From a virus (Duplodnaviria; Caudoviricetes), in the IMG/VR virus record IMGVR_UViG_3300037424_002898, positions 1 through 43,893 of that record: a stretch of DNA of 43,893 nucleotides; one strand, given 5' to 3'. Positions 8,940 to 18,258 of this stretch are shown one piece after another; the first letter of the stretch is position 1; the number at the start of each line of letters is the position of its first letter. The translations under genes and the position numbers were made by a program. The notes below the pieces were generated by a model. That model saw nothing but the letters and a program-made list of their open reading frames with translations. It was not told the DNA's origin and made no database searches.

Positions 8940-9354
8940 CTTTGATCACCATGTCCCCTTTGCCGGCATCGAGGCCGACAACCAGGTTGAAGGGATGGTC
9001 CTCTCCCATAAATTCCCAGGACACCCGGGCGATGATGCCCCGATCGTCCCACGACGTCACACGACATCCGGCACTGCCGGGATTCACCCGGGGGTCGGCC
9101 TGCACCCGCCGCTCGGCCTCCGCCTCAAAGGCGTTCCGGTTCGCCGCAGTGTTCTCCTCCTTCACCCATTCATGTAGAAGCGCCCCGAACCCCTTGTCAT
9201 AAAAGAGTTCACTCAGCGGCGTGGCGAGCCGCAGCCGAACGTCCTGGACCCCGGTTTCGGCGCCGGCGGTCAGCAGCAGATCGCCGTTGGCGGCGACCAG
9301 AGCCTGACCGGCGGCGTCCAGCTTGATGTCTTGCCCGAAAACGTCGTCGCTCAC
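8914..9354 (-). CDS. Baseplate wedge/sheath initiator (gpW/gp25/gp46-like)
   Basis: QDVRLRLATPLSELFYDKGFG..ADPRV motif upstream of J. Confidence 0.8.
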   Translation of the reverse strand: MSDDVFGQDIKLDAAGQALVAANGDLLLTAGAETGVQDVRLRLATPLSELFYDKGFGALLHEWVKEENTAANRNAFEAEAERRVQADPRVNPGSAGCRVTSWDDRGIIARVSWEFMGEDHPFNLVVGLDAGKGDMVIKDVDPRTGF

Positions 9355-9554
9355 AGAATGACCCCCGTATGCTCCCCGTCAGGGGCTCCCGAATTCGTCT
9401 GCACCTCGGCGTCAGTGGTGAGGTGCAGCACTATCGCCCTGGCCATCGCCCTGGCCATCAACTGCGCCCGGGCATGCTGTCCGGCGGTGGCAATCCCCAG
9501 AGCGTTCAGCTCGGCGATGATCAAATTTTCCAGGACCGTCTCATTCAGCGCCAT
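9351..9554 (-). CDS. Small hypothetical baseplate-region protein
   Basis: 67-aa coupled ORF between spike and wedge. Confidence 0.65.
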   Translation of the reverse strand: MALNETVLENLIIAELNALGIATAGQHARAQLMARAMARAIVLHLTTDAEVQTNSGAPDGEHTGVIL

Positions 9555-9555
9555 C

Positions 9556-10110
9556 TCACTGCTCCGCCGTCACTGTGCTCGATCCGTCGCCATGGTCGTA
9601 TCCGGTGTAATGGCACTTGTGCTTCGTCGTAACCACCTTCCCGCCCTCGACGCCATTGAGGTGGATCGTGGCCGCCTCGATCCAGGCGATCCCGTCCTTG
9701 TCGATTTTGATGAACGTTCCCGGCGACTGCTGGATGACGAACGCCCCCAGCTCGCAGGCCGGCGCCCTGTTCTTTTCCCAGCGAAAATTGCTGATCCTCG
9801 GATAGTTCGGATCGCCGTCGTAATAGGTGATGTCGCACAATGTCCCCGGCGTCGGGGGACAGACCACGCCCCGGTCGGGACCGCCCCAGAGAATGGGGAT
9901 CTCGATTCTCGGCAGCACAGGCTCGCGCTCGTCGACGCTCTCGTCGTTGCGCAGCGGCTGCACGTCGGCGAAGTAGAGACCGCCGGCCGCGGAGTAACTC
10001 TTGACGATGCGTCCCTTGCGCGGCACGCGGTAGTAGTGGCGCAGATTCGGCATCACCAGCTCCACCACCCGCCGCAGAAGCATTTTCAGGTCGGACTCAG
10101 AACCCGCCAT
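9556..10110 (-). CDS. Baseplate spike (gpV/gp45-like)
   Basis: OB-fold-like ADVQPL..LPRIEIP..GVVCPP; C-terminal His cluster HKCHYTGYDH; start MAGSES after GGAG. Confidence 0.75.
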   Translation of the reverse strand: MAGSESDLKMLLRRVVELVMPNLRHYYRVPRKGRIVKSYSAAGGLYFADVQPLRNDESVDEREPVLPRIEIPILWGGPDRGVVCPPTPGTLCDITYYDGDPNYPRISNFRWEKNRAPACELGAFVIQQSPGTFIKIDKDGIAWIEAATIHLNGVEGGKVVTTKHKCHYTGYDHGDGSSTVTAEQ

Positions 10111-10909
10111 GTTCCTCTCCATGCCAGATGTGGGTCCGGACCTTGTCCGGCTCCCCCTCGTGGAGCACCCGAAGGGCGCGAAAAGTGCCGTCGATCCCCC
10201 GACGGGAGTCCCTCAGCCAAAAGAGCCTCGAATGGGTCATTTCCGGCAAAAGGAAGGTCTCCACCCGGCTCAAACCGGACTGGGGGAACAGAGCGGGCGT
10301 GTGCCGGATCAGGCCGACGGCGGTGGCGATCTCCGGCACCGGGCCGGGCTCGTTGAAATCCCCCCAGTTCACCGTGCCGTCGGTCCCCCGCCACAGAGCC
10401 CAGCGGCGCATGTCGAGATCAAAGGCGTTTTGACAGGAGTGCGCAGCCTGCCGAGCCACCTGCCAAACGGGGATGTCCGACGCGACGAAGCGCGGCAGGA
10501 CCATGCCGACATTTCCGATGCGGCCGACCGGCAGCCCCGCCCGGCGCACCGCCCAGGCAATAATTGCCGAGGGGCTTTCGTTCTCCCAGCTCTGGGTGAT
10601 GCGGGTCCTGGCCAGGGGGGCCGCCCCGTCGACGGCAACAACCTCCACCTGGTCCTTGGTCCGTCCCGGGTTCCGGCCGACCACCGTCCCGGTCCAGGTT
10701 GAAGGCGTCCTGTCGCGGTAGCCCAAGCGGATCTCCAGGGAGTCGCCCTCGGTTACGGTACGCCAGATCTCCCCGATAGGGTCTGGGAGGGTCACCCCGG
10801 CCCGGCCCAGGGGAGCATGGCGCTCTGAGGCGATCCACCAACGCGGAGCGCGCAAGACCTCTCTGCCTGCAAGGATGATCCGGATATTGAGACCTGAAAT
10901 CTCCATCAC
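10097..10909 (-). CDS. Baseplate hub / late control D-like protein
   Basis: GDSLEIRLGY..WTGTV pattern; position before the spike. Confidence 0.7.
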   Translation of the reverse strand: MMEISGLNIRIILAGREVLRAPRWWIASERHAPLGRAGVTLPDPIGEIWRTVTEGDSLEIRLGYRDRTPSTWTGTVVGRNPGRTKDQVEVVAVDGAAPLARTRITQSWENESPSAIIAWAVRRAGLPVGRIGNVGMVLPRFVASDIPVWQVARQAAHSCQNAFDLDMRRWALWRGTDGTVNWGDFNEPGPVPEIATAVGLIRHTPALFPQSGLSRVETFLLPEMTHSRLFWLRDSRRGIDGTFRALRVLHEGEPDKVRTHIWHGEEHGGF

Positions 10910-11466
10910 GCCGCCCCCGCCTCGAACCCGGAGGCAAACGGGTTATCGCCGTCCGCAAGAATTGCCGGCTCTCCGGCCGGGGTGACCGTTGCCGCTGACG
11001 GCGAGGCTGTGGATCCCGCCGCCGCAACCTGCTCTTCCTGGCGAACGATGGCCGGGCGGTATTCGCCGAAGGCGAGGGTCACCCGGAGCACATCGCTCTG
11101 ATCATCCTCGTCAGAATCGAGGCCTGAAAAGACCACCTGGTCGATTCCCCGCGCCCGCGCATGGCGACCGGTCAGGGTATAAATCCTGGGATTTGCGCCG
11201 TTGTCCGCTCCCTTGAAAATACCGTTCAGGTCGGCGAGCTTGTCGTAGCAGTCTCCGGAGTCGTCGCTGAGCAAATCCAGCACCAGGGTGATGTCGGCAT
11301 CCGTCCATCCCAGGGGAACCTTCACTGTCCCGCTGAGGCCATCCTGCTCCGCCCGGTCGAAACGGACCGCCCCGGTCACCCGGTGCGAAACCAGAATTCC
11401 CGGCACGCTCTGACTATCGAGCCGCACCTCGCCGTCCTCAAAACTCAGAGTCCCGTCAATCGACAT
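10906..11466 (-). CDS. Tail tube initiator/baseplate-associated protein
   Basis: Follows tape measure; start MSIDG after GGAGG. Confidence 0.6.
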   Translation of the reverse strand: MSIDGTLSFEDGEVRLDSQSVPGILVSHRVTGAVRFDRAEQDGLSGTVKVPLGWTDADITLVLDLLSDDSGDCYDKLADLNGIFKGADNGANPRIYTLTGRHARARGIDQVVFSGLDSDEDDQSDVLRVTLAFGEYRPAIVRQEEQVAAAGSTASPSAATVTPAGEPAILADGDNPFASGFEAGAA

Positions 11467-13531
11467 CGTAGCCCTCCACCAGGGCCTGCAACTGACGCAC
11501 GAAGCTGTCGGCGTCCGTGACACCCGGGAGCTGCACCGTCAGGTTCTGGATAACCACGCTGCGACCCTTGCGGCTGACCTGCGCCGCCGCCGGTTTGCCC
11601 CCCGAAGCCTGGGTGCCGGGAACGGCAGCCAGCGACGGAACCGGCGCAACCGTCAACGTCGCCGCCAGGGCAGCCCCGGCCAGGGCCGTGCGCATCGTCT
11701 TGTGCAGGCCGGGTGCCGCGCCCTGAACCCCGGCGCCCAGGGTCTCCATGATGCGGGACCCCGAAAGGGTCAGAGACGACAGAGGCCCTTCCTTGGCGTC
11801 ACTGAAGGGAAGAAGGTTGCGCACCTTTTGGAAAATACCCGTAATCGCCGTCACCGGAGCCATCGCCATCGACTTCACCCCGGCGACCAGGGTGCCGATG
11901 ATCTTTGCTCCCGAATCGAAGAGGTTGATTCCGGAAAGAGTCCGCTTGACCAGTAAAAACGCTCCGATCACCAGCCCGAGCGGTCCGAGCAGGGCCAGCC
12001 CCAGATAGGCCTTGAATTTCCACAGCGTGCCGAGCACGTAAGCGAGGGCGTAGACAAAGGCGTCCACCGCGTCCCGTACCACCTGGAAGCGACGGTACAG
12101 CCACGCCAGCACGACCCCCAGGGCAACGATGACGACCACAACCCAGACGATGGGGTTGGCGGCCAGGGCCCCGGTGAGACCCCAGACCGCCTTGATCGCC
12201 GCGAGGACGCCGGCCCGCAACAAGCCCATCGCCGTCCCCAGGGCGGCGAAACCGGTTGTGACCGCCGGCAGCGCCAGCCCCACCGCCCCCAGCGCCATCC
12301 CCACCCCACTGAAGGCAAGAAACAGCGTTGCCAGCACCGCCGCCCCGACGACCAGGACGCGGGTCAGGGTGCCGTGCCGCTCGGCGAACTCGCTGACCGT
12401 CGAGATCAATCGGCCGATCCAGAAAAAGAGAGGCACCAGCACGGGGATCAGCTGTTTGCCGGCCACCTCGACCAGGTTGTGCCACTGCTGGCCGAGCAGG
12501 CCGACGCCGGCGCCGATGTCCATGTTCATTGCCGCCGCCATCTGCTCCGTGGTGGCGGTGCCGTTTTGCATAGCGGCGGCAAGCCCCTCGATGTTGCCGG
12601 TCAGGTTGCCGACCTTGCCATAGAGCAAGTCGATGACGGCCACCGCTTCCTGCGTACCGAAAGCCTGCTGAATTTTCTGCTTCTCGATCGCATCCAGAGT
12701 CTCGCCGTACTTGCCGCGCAGCGTCTCCAGAATCTGCGGCATGGAGAACAGCTGGTTGTTGGCGTCCGTGAACGACAGACCCAGCTTCGTGCCGGCGCCG
12801 GCCGCCGCCTGCATGACGGCGCGGTACTTGGTGCCCGCCTCGCTGCCGCTCATGGTCGCCTGCAGCATGCCAAGGATCGCCAGCTGCTCCTCCATCGGCA
12901 CCTTGGCCGTCGTCGCCGCCGCCCCCAGGGCGGAAATCGCCTGTGCCATCCCCGAGCCGGTCGTCTTGAACGCCTCGACGCTCGCCGCGATCCCGGCGGA
13001 GAAAATCTCGCCGAACTGCAGGTCGGAGAGCTGGCCGTACGCCTCCTTGTAGATGCCGTAGCCGGTGGCAAAGAGGCTGGTCATTTCCGCCGTGGTGCTC
13101 TTGGTCGCCTTGCCGGTCAACGCCGCCAGGCGCGTGAACTCTGCGACGCCGGCATCGCTGAGCGAGGAGATGCCGCTCTTGATATCGTAGGCGGCGCCGA
13201 TGAACTCCGCCTTGGTCGTTCCCGCCCACTGGTTGGAAAACTGCATGGCGGCCGATTCCATCGCCGCCATATCGGTGACCCCGACCGAAGCAAGCTCCCC
13301 CAACGCCTTCTGCGTCTCCACCGTGGCCATGGCCGTACCGAGCAACACCTGGGTCATCATGACCCCGGCAATGGCCACCACTCGGCCGTATTTCTTGAAC
13401 ATGTCGAGCGCCGGGCCTATCCCGGCGGCTTTGGCCTTGAGGACGTCGAGACCCCGGCCCATCGCCGACGTCGGCTTGGTCAGAAAGTCCACTGCCGAGA
13501 CCATGATGCCCAGCTTGAAAATGCTCTCCAT
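11456..13531 (-). CDS. Tape measure protein (TP901-like core)
   Basis: 691 aa, Ala/Gly-rich, SGSEAGTKYRAVM core, hydrophobic C-half, LPFSDAKEGPLS motif. Confidence 0.93.
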   Translation of the reverse strand: MESIFKLGIMVSAVDFLTKPTSAMGRGLDVLKAKAAGIGPALDMFKKYGRVVAIAGVMMTQVLLGTAMATVETQKALGELASVGVTDMAAMESAAMQFSNQWAGTTKAEFIGAAYDIKSGISSLSDAGVAEFTRLAALTGKATKSTTAEMTSLFATGYGIYKEAYGQLSDLQFGEIFSAGIAASVEAFKTTGSGMAQAISALGAAATTAKVPMEEQLAILGMLQATMSGSEAGTKYRAVMQAAAGAGTKLGLSFTDANNQLFSMPQILETLRGKYGETLDAIEKQKIQQAFGTQEAVAVIDLLYGKVGNLTGNIEGLAAAMQNGTATTEQMAAAMNMDIGAGVGLLGQQWHNLVEVAGKQLIPVLVPLFFWIGRLISTVSEFAERHGTLTRVLVVGAAVLATLFLAFSGVGMALGAVGLALPAVTTGFAALGTAMGLLRAGVLAAIKAVWGLTGALAANPIVWVVVVIVALGVVLAWLYRRFQVVRDAVDAFVYALAYVLGTLWKFKAYLGLALLGPLGLVIGAFLLVKRTLSGINLFDSGAKIIGTLVAGVKSMAMAPVTAITGIFQKVRNLLPFSDAKEGPLSSLTLSGSRIMETLGAGVQGAAPGLHKTMRTALAGAALAATLTVAPVPSLAAVPGTQASGGKPAAAQVSRKGRSVVIQNLTVQLPGVTDADSFVRQLQALVEGYDVD

Positions 13532-13549
13532 GTCGGTTATCCTTTGAAT

Positions 13550-13675
13550 ATGGAAATTATGGAAACCGTTGCCGGAATCGTTCTTGCCCTTCTCTTTGCC
13601 GCGCTGGCTTTGGCGGTCTCGTCGTACCTGTGCCGCCTCTTCGATCGCGTCACCGGCCGCCGGCGAACCCCCTAG
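13550..13675 (+). CDS. Small antisense single-TM peptide (41 aa)
   Basis: MEIMETVAGIVLALLFAALALAVSSYLCRLFDRVTGRRRTP fills the chaperone-TMP gap; no clear RBS. Confidence 0.4.
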   Translation: MEIMETVAGIVLALLFAALALAVSSYLCRLFDRVTGRRRTP

Positions 13676-13853
13676 ACACTCCCGACGCCATCACCTCGAC
13701 CCGTCTTTCCTCGACCCACAGCGCCGCGACATACTGCTCGATGAGGGCGTCCAGATCCTCGGCGGGATCCTCGTGCAGGTAGCACCGCACGAGGATCTCC
13801 ATCTGCCGGATGACATTGGCCTCGAGGGCCGCGCGGGCCGCTACAACTTTTTT
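13650..13853 (-). CDS. -1 frameshift extension (gpGT-like) of the tail assembly chaperone
   Basis: Slippery A-AAA-AAG at 13853..13847 just before the stop; -1 frame open to TGA at 13650. Confidence 0.8.
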   Translation of the reverse strand, partial: KKVVAARAALEANVIRQMEILVRCYLHEDPAEDLDALIEQYVAALWVEERRVEVMASGVSRGFAGGR

Positions 13854-14152
13854 ACCGAGAACTCCTCATTGAGACCGAGTACCGTCTGCAGAGCGTTGTT
13901 CAGCGCCACCATGCGGCCAGGGTACTGTTCGAACTCCGTTTTCAGCTCCTCGCCCGTCGGGGCGAGCGCCTTCTCGAGGACCAGGTTCTGCGCGGCCATG
14001 GCCACCTTCCCCTTGGCCGCGGTGCCCAGGAACCGCTCCAGGTCCTTCTTTCCCGGTTTTTCGAAGTAGTAGACCTTCTCTTCTCCGGTCAGCTCCAGAA
14101 TCTCCTTGCCGGCCTCTTTTGCCTCGATCACCGCCTTCGGCAGCTTTTCCAT
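13841..14152 (-). CDS. Tail assembly chaperone (gpG-like)
   Basis: Between tube and TMP; ends VKKL at the slippery site; AGGAGG RBS. Confidence 0.85.
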   Translation of the reverse strand: MEKLPKAVIEAKEAGKEILELTGEEKVYYFEKPGKKDLERFLGTAAKGKVAMAAQNLVLEKALAPTGEELKTEFEQYPGRMVALNNALQTVLGLNEEFSVKKL

Positions 14153-14168
14153 CCTTCAATCCTCCTGT

Positions 14169-14183
14169 TCAAAATGGTTTTGA
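14169..14183. promoter_or_regulatory. TCAAAA-N3-TTTTGA palindrome next to the chaperone SD
   Basis: TCAAAA-TGG-TTTTGA immediately 5' of AGGAGG on the minus strand. Confidence 0.5.
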
Positions 14184-14199
14184 AAAATCGTCCGGCCCC

Positions 14200-14628
14200 T
14201 TACAGGGCCGGTGTCCCGCCCCACTTGATGGGACTGAGAATCTCGAAATCGAACTTGCGGGCCCCGACGTTCTCATCGCCCTGTTTTGCGCCCGAGTCCA
14301 TCTTGGTGATCTTGCAGTCGGGGAGGGTGTCGGTCACCCGCGGCATGTCGTCGTTGGCGTAACTGACGACGATGGCAAAAGGCTTTCCCCCGTAGACGCC
14401 ACCCCCCAAGGCTTCGCGGAGGCGCTCGGCCTCGTCCAGGTCGAGTTCCATCGACCCCGAAGCTTTGTAGTTCTTGCGCCCGTAACCTCGAGGCGTGCTC
14501 CCCTTGCCGTAACGCGCCTCGACGGGGCGCTCGTCGTTATAGCCGATATCGGTCACGCCGATGGCGGCGCCATTGGGGAGCTGGATCTCCACCGACTCCC
14601 AGTCGTACTGATTGCCGTTGATGGGCAT
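14200..14628 (-). CDS. Tail tube protein
   Basis: MPINGNQYDWES..YGKGSTPRGYGRKNYKASGS; follows sheath. Confidence 0.85.
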   Translation of the reverse strand: MPINGNQYDWESVEIQLPNGAAIGVTDIGYNDERPVEARYGKGSTPRGYGRKNYKASGSMELDLDEAERLREALGGGVYGGKPFAIVVSYANDDMPRVTDTLPDCKITKMDSGAKQGDENVGARKFDFEILSPIKWGGTPAL

Positions 14629-14665
14629 GCTTCTTCTCCTTTGATGACACCCCCCGTCTTCCTTA

Positions 14666-14710
14666 CCTCCCCCCATCCCCTCCTAAGTTAGGAGGGGATT
14701 GAGGGGTGGT
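14666..14710. repeat. REP-like element CCCCTCCT-N5-AGGAGGGG..GGGGTGGT
   Basis: Related copies at 22372..22406 and 33636..33669. Confidence 0.65.
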
Positions 14711-14733
14711 AGGTGCCAGGAGGGCGGGGGTGG

Positions 14734-16419
14734 TTACGCCGCAAGTCGCGGATCGAAGGCGCCGCCGGCGTAGGAATAGCGAGCAAAGAGCTTGATGGTG
14801 CGGATGATCGGAATGCCGATCAGGGTGAACTCCACCGCCACTCCGTTGTTGACGATGTCCTGCCCCGGCGGGATCACCACCTGATGTCCGGCCAGCTCGC
14901 GGGGAACGGCCGCCACCATGGTGTTGAGCGCCGTCTCGATGTTGGTCCTGAGATACTCCAGACCGGTCGCGCCCCCTTCCAGGGTGGGATCTCCCGCCTC
15001 GTCGTACATCGATTTCAAGGCCGCGATCCTGCCCTTTCTCACCGCCTTGAAGACCGTACGCAGAACGGTGAGGAACTGATAGTCGCTGGTCACATCGGCC
15101 AGGGTCCGCTCGTCTCCCCAGTAGGTTCCGGAGAGGCCCGCATAACGACGGGCGGTGATGTAGCCGGCCGCCTCCAGCATCCCCTGATGCGCTTCGGTGT
15201 AGGAATCGGGGAGGGCGAGCTGGGAGATGGCGCCGTCGCGCACCCGCCCCGGGGCGCGCATCACCGGAATCGAAAGCACCCGGCCGGCCAGCAGGCCGCC
15301 GCCGTTGCGGGACAGGCGCTTGCCGGTCCCGTCGGAAATCTCCCCGAAAGCGGCACAAACCGTCACGAAGCGATGGGTGAACCCCTGCTTTTCGGCCGTC
15401 ATCGCAGCGGTCCAGTCGTCCAGATCCTCGTTCGCGAAAGGGAGCCTCGTCTCGGCCAGGAAAAAGGTCGGGCGATGAGCGTTCCACAACAGGTCGGCCT
15501 TGGCCCCGAGGGCGGCCCAGTCGACCGAATCGGAGGGGCCGGCGACATGGACGAATTCGACGTCATAGAGCGCCAGGGGCTGCTCCAGGGCGGCCAGTAC
15601 GGCCGAGATCGAGGGGACCGGCGCCAGAAGCTCGAACCCGTAGCTGTCGCCGAGGACGGCGTCCTGGGCCGGGAAGTCGAGAGTCACTCCGGTCGATCCG
15701 ACCGCGATCGCTCCGTCAACCGGAATGGTGCGCTCCGGCCCCCAGCTGTCGCCGCCGTCGAGGGAGAGACGGTAGGTGCCGACATTGCGGCCGCCGCCAG
15801 CGAGGATCTGCAGGGCCACGTCGGCGGCCGCAGCCGGGTCGCCGCTAGCAAGCACGTCGGGCCCGCTGCCGACCTTGATGATCGGAGAAATCGGCGCCCG
15901 CACAAGAAACGCATAGGTATCGCCTGCGATCAGGGCCCCGGCCGCCAGCACCAGGGTAACGCCGGTCGCGCCAATGGCGACCTGGCCGTTCGCCGGAACG
16001 GTATCCACGGCATCGAAGGTGACGCCGCCGTCCTGGCTGACCTGGCAGGTCGCCACTCCGGCCACCCCGGCATCGACGATCTCGACCACCGCCGCGGCAT
16101 TTCCAGCCGCAACACCGCTTGCACTTCCCTCGGGGCCCTCGCCGGTATGGTCGACCGGAGTGATATAGCCGCCGGAGGCGCCGGCCACCGGAACGGCGAT
16201 CGCCACCGGCGCCTGCCCGCCGGCAGCAAAGAGGTCCCGCAGGCGATCGACCAGGGGGCCGACGCCAAGCATCGCCTCCAGGTCGCTCGATTTGCCGAGC
16301 AGGTATGCCTTGCCGGGCTCGCCGAGGGAGCAGACCCCGACTACGATACAGGCCCCCTCGACCCCGCCCGGGGCGAGGCCGCTGGTGCCGTCGACCAGAA
16401 ATTCAAAAACGTCTTTCAT
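14734..16419 (-). CDS. Tail sheath protein (DUF2586-like)
   Basis: 561 aa before tube; PGRVRDG, YITARRYAG, SDYQFL motifs. Confidence 0.88.
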   Translation of the reverse strand: MKDVFEFLVDGTSGLAPGGVEGACIVVGVCSLGEPGKAYLLGKSSDLEAMLGVGPLVDRLRDLFAAGGQAPVAIAVPVAGASGGYITPVDHTGEGPEGSASGVAAGNAAAVVEIVDAGVAGVATCQVSQDGGVTFDAVDTVPANGQVAIGATGVTLVLAAGALIAGDTYAFLVRAPISPIIKVGSGPDVLASGDPAAAADVALQILAGGGRNVGTYRLSLDGGDSWGPERTIPVDGAIAVGSTGVTLDFPAQDAVLGDSYGFELLAPVPSISAVLAALEQPLALYDVEFVHVAGPSDSVDWAALGAKADLLWNAHRPTFFLAETRLPFANEDLDDWTAAMTAEKQGFTHRFVTVCAAFGEISDGTGKRLSRNGGGLLAGRVLSIPVMRAPGRVRDGAISQLALPDSYTEAHQGMLEAAGYITARRYAGLSGTYWGDERTLADVTSDYQFLTVLRTVFKAVRKGRIAALKSMYDEAGDPTLEGGATGLEYLRTNIETALNTMVAAVPRELAGHQVVIPPGQDIVNNGVAVEFTLIGIPIIRTIKLFARYSYAGGAFDPRLAA

Positions 16420-16435
16420 GGATCACCTTCCTTCG

Positions 16436-16494
16436 TGTAGGTCCGCCCCTTGCGGGTGCCCTGAATGCGGGCAGGCGCAAGGCCTGCCCCTACA
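16436..16494. repeat. GTAG-type REP doublet
   Basis: TGTAGG...palindrome...palindrome...CCTACA, intergenic. Confidence 0.6.
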
Positions 16495-16731
16495 TCAAAT
16501 CTTGCCGCCACCCTGGGGCCGCCGGTTGAACTTCTCCAGTGCCGCCTCGAATTCCCCGGCACTCACCTGCTTGCCTGGCGACCAGCCGGCGGCCCGGCGC
16601 AGCGCAGCCAGAAACCAGGGCTGCAGTCCTCGGTGTGCCGCCAGTTCCTCCACCGGAAGTAGACCTTCGGTGCCGGAAGGCTGAGGCGCCACCATTGAGG
16701 TCCCCACCTTCTTTTCTCCTTTTTTCGCCAT
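16495..16731 (-). CDS. Small hypothetical protein upstream of sheath
   Basis: 78 aa, AAGGAG RBS. Confidence 0.7.
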   Translation of the reverse strand: MAKKGEKKVGTSMVAPQPSGTEGLLPVEELAAHRGLQPWFLAALRRAAGWSPGKQVSAGEFEAALEKFNRRPQGGGKI

Positions 16732-16746
16732 GACGAACTCCTTTCG

Positions 16747-17310
16747 TTATTGGACTTGAGGGGTGAGTATCACGTTCGGGATGATCGGGATCTCCTCGGT
16801 CGTATGAATGCCGCCGGCAAAGCCGATGCGCACGATGGCCAGATGCGGCCGGCGTCTGAGCCGATCGCTTTCGGTCTCGCTGTTCCAGGGGCGCACGGCA
16901 TCCTGCAGCTCCACCGTTATGGCATTGTTTCCGCTGTCGGCGAGAACCCGGGTCCCGGCCACCGCCTGCTCCAGCTGATCGACCAGGCCGATGAACCCCG
17001 GCTCGCCCCAAAGATCCTCGAATCGGGCCGTGTAGAGCATCACCCGATAGAGGAGCTCGCGGCGATAGCGGCGACGGGTCAGAGTGTAGCTGCGGCAATC
17101 GGCATCGCGCTGCCGGCCGATCAGCCGCCCGTCGCGTTTCTTGCGGTCCTGCAGCAGGAGCGCCTGGACGGCGAAATCGTTCTCCTTGAGAAAATCGCGC
17201 GGCAGAGGGCCGAAAAAGGTTGACTCCTCGCCGTACGGAGGCAGCGCCCCGGCCGGCAGCACCAGGTCCCAGAATCGTTCGAACAGATATCGCTGGCAGA
17301 CCTCGATCAT
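16747..17310 (-). CDS. Putative tail terminator/completion protein
   Basis: Synteny between neck and sheath; ATGA overlap with the upstream gene. Confidence 0.55.
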   Translation of the reverse strand: MIEVCQRYLFERFWDLVLPAGALPPYGEESTFFGPLPRDFLKENDFAVQALLLQDRKKRDGRLIGRQRDADCRSYTLTRRRYRRELLYRVMLYTARFEDLWGEPGFIGLVDQLEQAVAGTRVLADSGNNAITVELQDAVRPWNSETESDRLRRRPHLAIVRIGFAGGIHTTEEIPIIPNVILTPQVQ

Positions 17311-17777
17311 TTTTCCCCCCGCGCGATCCGGATCGCGGCGCCTTTGAGCTCGCCGCCGATCTCGTCTTTGAGCGCGTCGAAGGTCGGCTTCCACAGCTTG
17401 CGGGCGGGGATTACCGTGCCGTCGTCGTCGGGCTGCTCGTGGATCAGGGCGATGTCCGTCACATCCTCACCGTCGGCAGTTTTGACGCCACGCTTGACCC
17501 CGACCATGCCGAACAGGGCGTCCTCCTGATGCACGGTGATGTTCTGATACATCGCGTTGGTCGCTCGCAGGGTGTCCGGGGAGAGCCCCTCCTTTGCTTT
17601 TCGGTCGGCGTGTTCTTTGGAGAGCGGATCCCATTCCAGATCCTGGTTGTCCAGGTGCGACAGAACGCCCCTCTCGACCTTCTTGAGCGAGCGGCCCACG
17701 TGCCGGGCCATCCCCCGCCTGAAGTTCCGGGCTATCCTGTCGAGCTTGCCCCAGTCACCCGTGAAATCGATACCCAT
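17307..17777 (-). CDS. Virion morphogenesis/neck protein
   Basis: WDPLS..TLRATNAMYQNI..IALIHEQ..IPARKLW pattern. Confidence 0.75.
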   Translation of the reverse strand: MGIDFTGDWGKLDRIARNFRRGMARHVGRSLKKVERGVLSHLDNQDLEWDPLSKEHADRKAKEGLSPDTLRATNAMYQNITVHQEDALFGMVGVKRGVKTADGEDVTDIALIHEQPDDDGTVIPARKLWKPTFDALKDEIGGELKGAAIRIARGEK

Positions 17778-18169
17778 CAGCGCACCACGTCCAGAAGGAC
17801 CAGCAGATTGTCCTCTCGGAACTCCCCCGTCTCGTGGATTGCGGCGATAGAGTAGAGTTTGCCGTCGATGCGCACGCCATCGTCGTAGCCGATCAGCAGC
17901 GTTCCGGCGGTGTCGATCAGCCCCTTCTCCGCCAGGTACTGACGGTTGAAGGAGAGCTGTAGCAGCTCCTCGATCTCCTCCCCCCGCTCCCGGGGGTCCA
18001 GCCCCTTCATCCCCTGCGCAGAAGAGGAGGGAGACTTCTTTCCCGACAGCAGATCCACCTCGCCGCCGGGCGCCGGCAGCAGGACCACCGGGTAGCGGTG
18101 GAACGTGTCCGTCACGTCCCGGATCGCGTCCTTGAAAAGGTCAATAGATTCTTGATCGAGAAGGTCCAT
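17777..18169 (-). CDS. Putative head-closure protein
   Basis: Synteny; DGVRIDGKLYSI motif; start MDLLD. Confidence 0.55.
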   Translation of the reverse strand: MDLLDQESIDLFKDAIRDVTDTFHRYPVVLLPAPGGEVDLLSGKKSPSSSAQGMKGLDPRERGEEIEELLQLSFNRQYLAEKGLIDTAGTLLIGYDDGVRIDGKLYSIAAIHETGEFREDNLLVLLDVVR

Positions 18170-18258
18170 GGTTTTTTCCACCTGGAAAGTGGCTTCAACA
18201 AGGGGGCGGGGCAACCCGCCCCCTTGTTCTCTGATTCCCGGCTACGTTGCAAAAAAGA

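Noticed and set aside
10419-10433. Fifth TCAAAA-N3-TTTTGA-like site (TCAAAG-GCG-TTTTGA)
   Set aside because: One mismatch and inside a coding region; could be chance.
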